Positions 1-12,000 of a stretch of 64,000 nucleotides of DNA are shown one piece after another. The translations under genes and the position numbers were made by a program. The first letter of the stretch is position 1. The number at the start of each line of letters is the position of its first letter. Under the pieces are notes generated by a model. That model saw only the letters and a list, made by a program, of their open reading frames with translations, did not search any database and had not been told where the DNA came from. This DNA is from Squalus acanthias. Taxonomy: Eukaryota. The DNA lies in contig CM059432.1 in NCBI GenBank assembly GCA_030390025.1, positions 25,794,001 through 25,858,000 on the forward strand, written 5' to 3'.

Positions 1-3000
1 GGGTCCCGACCTCGCTCCTGGGCCTTGTCCTCGCTCCTGGGCCCCGTCATCGCCCCTGGGCCTCATCCTCGCTCCTGGGCCTCATTCTTGCTCCAGGCCC
101 TCGACCTCGCTCCTGGGTCCTGACCTCGCTCCTGGGCCCAGACCTCGCCCCTGGGCCTCATCCTCGCTCCTGGGCCTCATTCTCGCTCCTGGGCCTCGTC
201 CTCGCTCCTGGGTCCTGACCTCACCCCTGGGCCTCATCCTCGCTCCTGGGCCTCGTCCTAGCTCCTGGGTCCCGACCTCGCTCCTGGGCCTCGTCCTCGC
301 TCCTGGGCCTCGACCTCGCTCCTGGGTCCCGACCTCACCCCTGGGCCTCATCCTCGTTCCTGGGCCTCGTCCTCGCTCCTGGGCCTCGACCTCGCTCCTG
401 GGCCTCGACCTCGCTCCTGGGCCTCGACCTCGCTCCTGGGTCCCGACCTCGCTCCTGGGTCCTGACCTCGCTCCTGGGCCTTGACCTCGCTCCTGGGCCC
501 CGTCCTCGCCCCTGGGCCTCATCCTCGCTCCTGGGCATCATTCTCGCTCCAGGCCCTCGACCTCGCTCCTGGGTCCTGACATCGCTCCTGGGCCTCGTCC
601 TCGCTCTTGGGCCTCGACCTCGCTGCTGGGTCCAGACCTCGCTCCTGGGCCTCATCCTCGCTCCTGGGCCTCGAACTCGCTCCTGGGTCCCGTCGTCGTT
701 CCTGTGTCCCGACCTCGCTCCTGGGTCCCGACCTCGCTCCTGGGCCCCGACCTTGCTCCTGGGCCTCGACCTCGCTCCTGCGTCCCGTCCTCGCTCCTGG
801 GTCCCGACCTCGCTCCTGGGCCGCGACCTCGCTCCTGGGCCTCGATCTCGCTCCTGGGTCCCGACCTCGCTCCTGGGTCTTGTCCTCGCTCCTGGTCCTC
901 GACCTCGCTCCTGGGTCTCGTCCTCGCTCCTGGGGCCCGACCTCGCTCCTGGGCCTCGACCTCGCTCCTGGGTCCCGACCTCACCCCTGGGCCTCATCCT
1001 CGTTCCTGGGCCTCGACCTCGCTCCTGGGCCTCGACCTCGCTCCTGGGCCTCGACCTCGCTCCTGGGCCCCGTCCTCGTCCCTGGGCCTCGTCCTCGCTC
1101 CTGGGCCTCGTCCTCGCTCCTGGGTCCTGACCTCGCTCCTGGGCCTTGACCTCGCTCCTGGGCCCCGTCATCGCCCCTGGGCCTCATCCTCGCTCCTGGG
1201 CCTCATTCTTGCTCCAGGCCCTCGACCTCGCTCCTGGGTCCTGACCTCGCTCCTGGGCCCAGACCTCGCCCCTGGTGCCTCATCCTCGCTCCTGGGCCTC
1301 ATTCTCGCTCCTGGGCCTCGTCCTCGCTCCTGGGTCCTGACCTCACCCCTGGGCCTCATCCTCGCTCCTGGGCCTCGTCCTAGCTCCTGGGTCCCGACCT
1401 CGCTCCTGGGCCTCGTCCTCGCTCCTGGGCCTCGACCTCGCTCCTGGGTCCCGACCTCACCCCTGGGCCTCATCCTCGTTCCTGGGCCTCGTCCTCGCTC
1501 CTGGGCCTCGACCTCGCTCCTGGGCCTCGTCCTCGCTCCTGGGTCCTCACCTCGCTCCTGGGCCTTGACCTCGCTCCTGGGCCCCGTCGTCGCCCCTGGG
1601 CCTCATCCTTGCTCCTGGGCCTCATTCTCGCTCCAGACCCTCGACCTCGCTCCTGGGTCCCGACCTCGCTCCTGGGCCTTGACCTCGCTCCTGGGCCCAG
1701 TCCTCGCCCCTGGGCCTCATCCTCGCTCCTGGGCCTCATTCTCGCTCCTGGGCCTCGTCCTCGCTCCTGGGTCCTGACCTCACCCTGGGCCTCATCCTCG
1801 CTCCTGGGCCTCGTCCTAGCTCCTGGGTCCCGACCTCGCTCGTGGGCCTCGTCCTCGCTCCTGGGCCTCGTCTCGCTCCTGGGCCTCGACCTCGCTCCTT
1901 GGTCCCGTCCTCGTCCCTGGGCCTCATCCTCGCTCCTGGGTCCTGACCTCACTCCTGGGCATTGTCCTCGCTCCTGGGCCCCCGTCCTCACCCCTGGGTC
2001 TCGTTCTCGCGCCTGGATCCCGTCCTTGCTCTGGGTCCCGACCTCGCTCCTGGGCCTCGATTTTGCTTCTGGGCCCCGTCCTCATTCTCGGGCACCGACC
2101 TCACTCTTGGGTCTCGTCCTCGCTCCTGGGCACCGTCCTCGCTCCTGGACACGTCCTCGCTACTGGGTCCCATCCTCGCTTCTGGGCCTCGTCCTCGCTC
2201 CTTGGCCTCGTCCTCGCTCTTGGGTCCCGACCTCGCTCCTGGGCCTTGTCCACGTTCCTGGGCCTCGTCCTCGCTTCTGGGTCCCGACCTCACTCCTGGG
2301 CCTCGACCTCGCTCCTGGGCCTCGACCTCGCTCCTGGGCACCGTCCTCGTCCCTGGGCCTCGACCTCGCTCCTGGGCCTCGTCCTCGCTCCTGGGCCTCG
2401 ACCTCGCTCCTGGGCCTCGACCTCGCTCCTGGGTCCCGTCCTCGCTCCTGGGCCTCGACCTCGCTCCTGGGCCTCGACCTCGCTCCTGGCCTCGACCTCG
2501 CTCCTGGGCCTCGACCTCGCTCCTGGGCCTCGACCTCGCTCCTGGGCCCCGTCCTCGCTCCTGGGCCTCGACCTCGCTCCTGGGCCTCGTCCTCGCTCCT
2601 GGGCCTCGACCTCGCTCCTGGGCCTGACCTCGCTCCTGGGCCTCGACCTCGCTCCTGGTCCTCGACCTCGCTCCTGGGCCTCGACCTCGCTCCTGGGCCT
2701 CGACCTCGCTCCTGGGCCTCGACCTCGCTCCTGGGCCTCGTCCTCGCTCCTGGGCCTCGACCTCGCTCCTGGGCCTCGACCTCGCTCCTGGGCCTCGTCC
2801 TCGCTCCTGGGCCTCGACCTCGCTCCTGGGCCTCGACCTCGCTCCTGGGCCTCGACCTCGCTCCTGGGCCTCGACCTCGCTCCTGGGCCCCGTCCTCGCC
2901 CCTGGGCCTCGTCCTCGCTCCTGGGCCTCGTCCTCGCTCCTGGGTCCTGACCTCGCTCCTGGGCCTTGACCTCGCTCCTGGGCCCCGTCCTCGCCCCTGG

Positions 3001-6000
3001 GCCTCATCCTCGCTCCTGGGACTCATTCTCGCTCCAGGCCCTCGACCTCGCTCCTGGGTCCTGACCTCGCTCCTGGGCCTTGACCTCGCTCCTGGGCCCC
3101 ATGTTCGCTCCTGGGCCTCATCCTCGCTCCTGGGCCTCATTCTTGTTCCTGGGCCTCGTCCTCGCTCCTGGGTCCTGACCTCGCTCCTGGGCCTCGTCCT
3201 CGCTCCTGGGCCTCGACCTCGCTCCTGGGTCCAGACCTCGCTCCTGGGCCTCATCCTCGCTCCTGGGCATCGACCTCGCTCCTGGGTCCCGTCGTCGCTC
3301 CTGTGTCCCGACCTCGCTCCTGGGTCCTGACCTCACTCCTGGGCCACATCCTCGCTCCTGGGCCCCGTCCTCACCCCTGGGTCCCGACCTCGCTCCTGGG
3401 CCTCGATTTTGCTCCTGGGCCCCATCCTCACTCTCGGGCACCGACCTCACTCTTGGTTCTCGTCCTCGCTCCTGGGCACTGTCGTCGCTCCTGGGCCTCG
3501 TCCTCGCACCTGGGTCCCGACCTCGCTCCTGGGCCTCGTCCTCACTCCTGGGCCTCGACCTCGCTCCTAGGTCCCGACCTCGCTCCTGGGCCTCGACCTC
3601 GCTCCTGGGTCCCGACCTCGCTCCTGGGCCGCGACCTCGCTCCTGGGCCTCGACCTCGCTCCTGGGCCCCGTCCTCGTCCCTGGGCATCGTCCTCGCTCC
3701 TGGGCCTCGTCCTCGCTCCTGTGTCCTGACCTCGCTCCTGGGCCTTGACCTCGCTCCTGGGCCCCGTCCTCGCCCCTGGGCCTCTTCCTCGCTCCTGGGC
3801 CTCATTCTCGCTCCAGGCCCTCGACCTCGCTCCTGGGTCCTGACCTCGCTCCTGGGCCTTGACCTCGCTCCTGGGCCCCATGTTCGCCCCTGGTCCTCAT
3901 CCTCGCTCCTGGGCCTCATTCTTGTTCCTGGGCCTCGTCCTCGCTCCTGGGTCCTGACCTCGCTCCTGGGCCTCGTCCTCGCTCCTGGGACTCGACCTCG
4001 CTGCTGGGTCCATACCTCGATCCTGGGCCTCATCCTCGCTCCTGGGCCTCGACCTCGCTCCTGGGTCCCGTCGTCGCTCCTGGGCCCCGACCTTGCTCCT
4101 GGGCCTCGACCTCGCTCCTGCGTCCCGTCCTCGCTCCTGGGTCCCGACCTCGCTCCTGGGCCTCGACCTCGCTCCTGGGCCTCGACCTCGCTCCTGGGTC
4201 CCGACCTCACTCCTGGGCCTCGACCTCGCTCCTGGGCCTCGACCTCACTCCTGGGCCTCGACCTCGCTCCTGGGTCCCGACCTCGCTCCTGGGTCCCGTT
4301 CTCGCTCCTGGGCCCTGTCCTCGTCCCTGGGCCTCATCCTCGTCCCTGGGCCTCGTCCTCGCTCCTGGGCCTCGACCTCGCTCCTGGGTCCCGTCCTCGT
4401 CCCTGGGCCTCATCCTCGCTCCTGAGTCCTGACCTCACTCCTGGGCCTCGTCCTCGCTCCTGGGCCCGTCCTCACCCCTGGGTCTAGTTCTCGCGCCTGG
4501 ATCCCGTCCTCGCTCCTGGGTCCCGACCTCGCTCCTGGGCCTCGATTTTGCTTCTGGGCCCCGTCCTCACTCTTGGGCACCGACCTCACTCTTGGGTCTC
4601 GTCCTCGCTCCTGGGCACCGTCCTCGCTCCTGGACACCGTCCTCGCTCGTGGGTCCCATCCTCGCTTCTGGGCCTCGTCCTCGCTCCTGGGCCTCGTCCT
4701 CGCTCCTGGGTCCCGACCTCGCTCCTGGGTCTTGTCCTCGCTCCTGGTCCTCGACCTCGCTCCTGGGTCTCGTCCTCGCTCCTGGGGCCCGACCTCGCTC
4801 CTGGGCCTCGACCTCGCTCCTGGGTCCCGACCTCGCTCCTGGACCTCGACCTCACTCCTGGGCCTCGACCTCGCTCCTGGGCCCCGTCCTCGTCCCTGGG
4901 CCTCGTCCTCGCTCCTGGGCCTCGACCTCGCTCCTGGGTCCCGTCCTCGTCCCTGGGCCTCATTCTCGCTCCTGGGTCCTGACCTCACCCCTGGGCCTCA
5001 TCCTCGCTCCTGGGCCTCGTCCTAGCTCCTGGGTCCCGACCTCGCTCGTGGGCCTCGTCCTCGCTCCTGGGCCTCGACCTCGCTCCTGGGTCCCGTGCTC
5101 GCTCATGGGCCTCGACCTCACTCCTGGGCCTTGACCTCGCTCCTGGGTCCCGACCTCACTCCTGGGCCTCGACCTCGCTCCTGGGCCTCAACCTCGCTCC
5201 TGGGCCTCGACCTCGCTCCTGGGTCCCGACCTCGCTCCTGGGGCTCGACCTCGCTCCTGGGCCTCGACCTCGCTCCTGGGCCTCGACCTCGCTCCTGGGC
5301 CCCGTCCTCGTCCCTGGGGCTCGTCCTCGCTCCTGGGCCTCGACCTCGCTCCTGGGTCCCGTCCTCGTCCCTGGGCCTCATTCTCGCTCCTGGGTCCTGA
5401 CCTCACTCCTGGGCCTCGTCCTCGCTCCTGGGCCCCGTCCTCACCCCTGGGTCTAGTTCTCGCGCCTGGATCCCGTCCTCGCTCCTGGGTCCCGACCTCG
5501 CTCCTGGGCCTCGATTTTGCTTCTGGGCCCCGTCCTCACTCTCGGGCACCGACCTCACTCTTGGGTCTCATCCTCGCTCCTGGGCACCGTCCTCGCTCCT
5601 GGACACCGTCCTCGCTCCTGGGTCCCATCCTCGCTTGTGGGCCTCGTCCTCGCTCCTGGGCCTCGTCCTCGCTCCTGGGTCCCGACCTCGCTCCTGGGTC
5701 TTGTCCTCGCTCCTGGTCCTCGACCTCGCTCCTGGGTCTCGTCCTCGCTCCTGGGGCCCGACCTCGCTCCTGGGTCCCGACCTCGCTCCTGGACCTCGAC
5801 CTCACTCCTGGGCCTCGACCTCGTTCCTGGGCACCGTCCTCGTCCCTGGTCCTCGTCCTCGCTCCTGGGCCTCATCCTCGCTCCTGGGTCCTCACCTCGC
5901 TCCTGGGCCGTGACCTCGCTCCTGGGCCCCGTCCTCGCCCCTGGGCCTCATCCTTGCTCCTGGGCCTCATTCTCGCTCCAGACCCTCGACCTCGCTCCTG

Positions 6001-9000
6001 GGTCCTGACCTCGCTCCTGGGCCCAGACCTCGCCCCTGGGCCTCATCCTCGCTCCTGGGCCTCATTCTCGCTCCTGGGCCTCGTCCTCGCTCCTGGGTCC
6101 TGACCTCACCCCTGGGCCTCATCCTCGCTCCTGGGCCTCGTCCAAGCTCCTGGGTCCCGACCTCGCTCCTGGGCCTCGTCCTCGCTCCTGGGCCTCGACC
6201 TCGCTCCTGGGTCCCGACCTCACCCCTGGGCCTCATCCTCGTTCCTGGGCCTCGTCCTCGCTCCTGGGCCTCGACCTCGCTCCTGGGCCTCGACCTCGCT
6301 CCTGGGCCTTGACCTCGCTCCTGGGCCCCGTCCTCGCCCCTGGGCCTCATCCTCGCTCCTGGGCATCATTCTCGCTCCAGGCCCTCGACCTCGCTCCTGG
6401 GTCCTGACATCGCTCCTGGGCCTCGTCCTCGCTCTTGGGCCTCGACCTCGCTGCTGGGTCCAGACCTCGCTCCTGGGCCTCATCCTCGCTCCTGGGCCTC
6501 GAACTCGCTCCTGGGTCCCGTCGTCGTTCCTGTGTCCCGACCTCGCTCCTGGGTCCCGACCTCGCTCCTGGGCCCCGACCTTGCTCCTGGGCCTCGACCT
6601 CGCTCCTGCGTCCCGTCCTCGCTCCTGGGTCCCGACCTCGCTCCTGGGCCGCGACCTCGCTCCTGGGCCTCGATCTCGCTCCTGGGTCCCGACCTCGCTC
6701 CTGGGTCTTGTCCTCGCTCCTGGGCCTCGACCTCGCTCCTGGGTCTTGTCCTCGCTCCTGGTCCTCGACCTCGCTCCTGGGTCTCGTCCTCGCTCCTGGG
6801 GCCCGACCTCGCTCCTGGGCCTCGACCTCGCTCCTGGGTCCCGACCTCGCTCCTGGACCTCGACCTCACTCCTGGGCCTCGAACTCGTTCCTGGGCACCG
6901 TCCTCGTCCCTGGGCCTCGTCCTCGCTCCTGGGCCTCGTCCTCGCTCCTGGGTCCTCACCTCGCTCCTGGGCCTTGACCTCGCTCCTGGGCCCCGTCCTC
7001 GCCCCTGGGCCTCATCCTTGCTCCTGGGCCTCATTCTCGCTCCAGACCCTCGACCTCGCTCCTGGGTCCTGACCTCGCTCCTGGGCCCAGACCTCGCCCC
7101 TGGGCCTCATCCTCGCTCCTGGGCCTCATTCTCGCTCCTGGGCCTCGTCCTCGCTCCTGGGTCCTGACCTCACCCCTGGGCCTCATCCTCGCTCCTGGGC
7201 CTCGTCCTAGCTCCTGGGTCCCGACCTCGCTCCTGGGCCTCGTCCTCGCTCCTGGGCCTCGACCTCGCTCCTGGGTCCCGACCTCACCCCTGGGCCTCAT
7301 CCTCGTTCCTGGGCCTCGACCTCGCTCCTGGGCCTCGACCTCGCTCCTGGGTCCCGACCTCGCTCCTGGGCCTCGACCTCGCTCCTGGGCCTCGACTTCG
7401 CTCCTGGGCCTCGACTCGCTCCTGGGCCCCGTCCTCGTCCCTGGGCCTCGTCCTCGCTCCTGGGCCTCGTCCTCGCTCCTGGTCCTGACCTCGCTCCTGG
7501 GCCTTGACCTCGCTCTGGGCCCCGTCCTCGCCCCTGGGCCTCATCCTCGCTCCTGGGCCTCATTCTCGCTCCAGGCCCTCGACCTCGCTCCTGGGTCCTG
7601 ACCTCGCTCCTGGGCCTTGACCTCGCTCCTGGGCCCCATGTTCGCCCCTGGGCCTCATCCTCGCTCCTGGGCCTAATTCTTCTTCCTGGCCTCGTCCTCG
7701 CTCCTGGGTCCTGACATCGCTCCTGGGCCTCGTCCTCGCTCTTGGGCCTCGACCTCGCTGCTGGGTCCAGACCTCGCTCCTGGGCCTCATCCTCGCTCCT
7801 GGGCCTCGAACTCGCTCCTGGGTCCCGTCGTCGTTCCTGTGTCCCGACCTCGCTCCTGGGTCCCGACCTCGCTCCTGGGCCCCGACCTTGCTCCTGGGCC
7901 TCGACCTCGCTCCTGCGTCCCGTCCTCGCTCCTGGGTCCCGACCTCGCTCCTGGGCCGCGACCTCGCTCCTGGGCCTCGAACTCGCTCCTGGGTCCCGTC
8001 GTCGTTCCTGTGTCCCGACCTCGCTCCTGGGTCCCGTCGTCGCTCCTGGGTCCCGACCTCGCTCCTTGGTCCCGACCTCGTTCCTGTGTCCCGACCTCGC
8101 TCCTGGGTCCCGACCTCGCTCCTGGGCCCCGACCTTGCTCCTGGGCCTCGACCTCGCTCCTGCGTCCCGTCCTCGCTCCTGGGTCCCGACCTCGCTCCTG
8201 GGCCGCGACCTCGCTCCTGGGCCTCGACCTCGCTCCTGGGTCCCGGCCTCACTCCTGGGCCTCGACCTCGCTCCTGGGCCTCAACCTCGCTCCTGGGCCT
8301 CGATTTTGCTCCTGGGCCCCGTCCTCGCTCCTGGGCCTCGACCTTGCTCCTGGGCACCGACCTCGCTGTTGGGTCTCGTCCTCGCTCCTGGGCCTCATCC
8401 TCGCTCCTGGGTCCCGACCTCGCTCCTGGGCCTCGACCTCGCTCCTTGGTCCCGACCTCGCTCTTGGGCCTCGTCCTCGCTCCTGGGCCTCGACCTCGCT
8501 CCTGGGTCCCGACCTCGCTCCTGGGCCTTGTCCTCGCTCCTGGGCCTCGAACTCGCTCCTGGGCCTCGACCTCGCTCCTGGGCCTCGACCTCACTCCTGG
8601 GCCTTGACCTCGCTCCTGGGTCCCGACCTCGCTCCTGGGTCCCGTTCTCGCTCCTGGGCCCTGTCCTCGTCCCTGGGCCTCATCCTCGTCCCTGGGCCTC
8701 GTCCTCGCTCCTGGGCCTCGACCTCGCTCCTGGGTCCCGTCCTCGTCCCTGGGCCTCATCCTCGCTCCTGGGTCCTGACCTCACTCCTGGGCCTCGTCCT
8801 TGCTCCTGGGCCCCGTCCTCACCCCTGGGTCTAGTTCTCGCGCCTGGATCCGTCCTCGCTCCTGGGTCCCGACCTCGCTCCGGGGCCTCGACTTTGCTCT
8901 GGGCCCCGTCCTCACTCTCGGGCACCGACCTCACTCTTGGGTCTCGACCTCGCTCCTGGGTCCCGACCTCGCTCCTGGGCCTCGACCTCGCTCCTGGGCC

Positions 9001-12000
9001 TCGACCTCACTCCTGGGCCTCGACCTCGCTCCTGGGCCCCGTCCTCGTCCCTGGGCCTCGTCCTCGCTCCTGGGCCTCGTCCTCGCTCCTGGGTCCTGAC
9101 CTCGCTCCTGGGCCTTGACCTCGCTCCTGGGCCCCGTCCTCGCCCCTGGCCTCATCCTCGCTCCTGGGCCTCATCTCGCTCCAGGCCCTCGACCTCGCTC
9201 CTGGGTCCTGACCTCGCTCCTGGGCCTTGACCTCGCTCCTGGGCCCCATGTTCGCCCTGGGCCTCATCCTCGCTCCTGGGCCTAATCTTGTTCCTGGGCC
9301 TCGTCCTCGCTCCTGGGTCCTGACATCGCTCCTGGGCCTCGTCCTCGCTCTTGGGCCTCGACCTCGCTGCTGGGTCCAGACCTCGCTCCTGGGCCTCATC
9401 CTCGCTCCTGGGCCTCGAACTCGCTCCTGGGTCCCGTCGTCGTTCCTGTGTCCCGACCTCGCTCCTGGGTCCCGACCTCGCTCCTGGGCCCCGACCTTGC
9501 TCCTGGGCCTCGACCTCGCTCCTGCGTCCCGTCCTCGCTTCTGGGTCCCGACCTCGCTCCTGGGCCGCGACCTCGCTCCTGGGCCTCGACCTCGCTCCTG
9601 GGTCCCGGCCTCACTCCTGGGCCTCGACCTCGCTCCTGGGTCCCGTGCTCGCTCATGGGCCTCGACCTCACTCCTGGGCCTTGACCTCGCTCCTGGGTCC
9701 CGACCTCACTCCTGGGCCTCGACCTCGCTCCTGGGCCTCAACCTCGCTACTGGGCCTCGACCTCGCTCCTGGGTCCCGACCTCGCTCTTGGGCCTCATCC
9801 TCGCTCCTGGGCCTCGACCTCGCTCCTGGGTCCCGACCTCGCTCCTGGGCCTTGTCCTCGCTCCTGGGCCTCGACCTCGCTCCTGGGTCTCGACCTCGCT
9901 CCTGGGTCCTGTTCTTGCTACTGGGGCCCGTCCTCGTCCCTGGGCCTCATCCTCGTCCCTGGGCCTCGTCCTCGCTCATGGGCCTCGACCTCGCTCCTGG
10001 GCCCCGTCCTCGTCCCTGGGCCTCGTCCTCGCTCCTGGGCACCGACCTCGCTGTTGGGTCTCGTCCTCGCTCCTGGGTCCTGACCTCGCTCCTGGGCCTC
10101 GACCTCGCTCCTGGGTCCCGACCTCGCTCCTGGGTCACGACCTCGCTCCTGGGCCTTGTCTTCGCTCCTGGGCCTCGACCTCGCTCCTGGGTCTCGTCCT
10201 CGCTCCTGGGTCCCGACCTCGCTCCTGGGCCTCGACCTCGCTCCTGGGTCCTGACCTCGCTCCTGGGCCTCGACCTCGCTCCTGGGTCCCGACCTCGCTC
10301 CTGGGTCACGACCTCGCTCCTGGGCCTTGTCTTCGCTCCTGGGCCTCGACCTCGCTCCTGGGTCTCGTCCTCGCTCCTGGGTCCCGACCTCGCTCCTGGG
10401 CCTCGACCTCGCTCCTGGGCCTCGACCTCGCTCCTGGGCCTCGACCTCGCGCTTGGGCCCCGTCCTCGTCCCTGGGCCTCATCCTCGCTCCTGGGTCCTG
10501 ACCTCACTCCTGGGCCTCGTCCTCGCTCCTGGGCTCCGTCCTCACCCCTGGGTCTAGTTCTTGCGCCTGGATCCCGTCCTCGCTCCTGGGTCCCGACCTC
10601 GCTCCTGGGCCTCGATTTTGCTCTTGGGCCCCGTCCTCACTCTCGGGCACCGACCTCACTCTTGGGTCTCGTCCTCGCTCCTGGGCACCGTCCTCGCTCC
10701 TGGACACCGTCCTCGCTCCTGGGTCCCATCCTCGCTTCTGGGCCTCGTCCTCGCTCCAGGCCCTCGACCTCGCTCCTAGGTCCTGACCTCGCTCCTGGGC
10801 CTTGACCTCGATCCTGGGCCCCGTGTTCGCCCCTGGGCCTCATCCTCGCTCCTGGGCCTCATTCTTGTTCCTGGGCCTCGTCCTCGCTCCTGGGTCCTGA
10901 CCTCGCTCCTGGGCCTCGTCCTCACTCCTGGGCCTCGACTTCGCTCCTGGGTCCCGACCTCGCTCCTGGGCCTCATCCTCGCTCCTGGGCCTCGACCTTG
11001 CTCCTGGGTTCCGTCATCGCTCCTGCGTCCCGACCTCGCTCCTGGGTCCCGACCTCGCTCCTGGGCCTCGACCTCGCTCCTGCATCCTGTCCTCGCTCCT
11101 GGGTTCCGACCTCGCTCCTGGGACTCGACCTCGCACCTGTGCCTCGACATCGCTCCTGGGTCCCGGCCTCACTCCTGGGCCTCGACCTCGCTCCTGGGTC
11201 CCGTCCTCGCTCCTGGGCCTCGACCTCACTCCTGGGCCTTGACCTCGCTCCTGGGTCCCGACCTCACTCCTGGGCCTCGACCTCGCTCCTGGGCCTCAAC
11301 CTCGCTCCTGGGCCTCGATTTTGCTCCTGGGCCCCGTCCTCGCTCCTGGGCCTCGACCTCGCTCCTGGGCACCGACCTCACTGTTGGGTCTCGTCCTCGC
11401 TCCTGGGCCTCGTCCTCGCTCCTGGGTCCCGACCTCGCTCCTGGGCCTCGACCTCGCTCCTGGGTCTTGTCCTCGCTCCTGGTCCTCGACCTCGCTCCTG
11501 GGTCTCGTCCTCGCTCCTGGGGCCCGACCTCGCTCCTGGGCCTCGACCTCGCTCCTGGGTCCCGACCTCGCTCCTGGACCTCGACCTCACTCCTGGGCCT
11601 CGACCTCGTTCCTGGGCACCGTCCTCGTCCCTGGGCCTCGTCCTCGCTCCTGGGCCTCGTCCTCGCTCCTGGGTCCTCACCTCGCTCCTGGGCCGTGACC
11701 TCGCTCCTGGGCCCCGTCCTCGCCCCTGGGCCTCATCCTTGCTCCTGGGCCTCATTCTCGCTCCAGACCCTCGACCTCGCTCCTGGGTCCTGACCTCGCT
11801 CCTGGGCCCAGACCTCGCCCCTGGGCCTCATCCTCGCTCCTGGGCCTCATTCTCGCTCCTGGGCCTCGTCCTCGCTCCTGGGTCCTGACCTCACCCCTGG
11901 GCCTCATCCTCGCTCCTGGGCCTCGTCCAAGCTCCTGGGTCCCGACCTCGCTCCTGGGCCTCGTCCTCGCTCCTGGGCCTCGACCTCGCTCCTGGGTCCC

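Noticed and set aside
7400..9300. Clusters of 1-bp deletions and broken units inside the satellite
   Set aside because: These cannot be told from long-read consensus errors. The paralogous block at ~15-17 kb has intact units.
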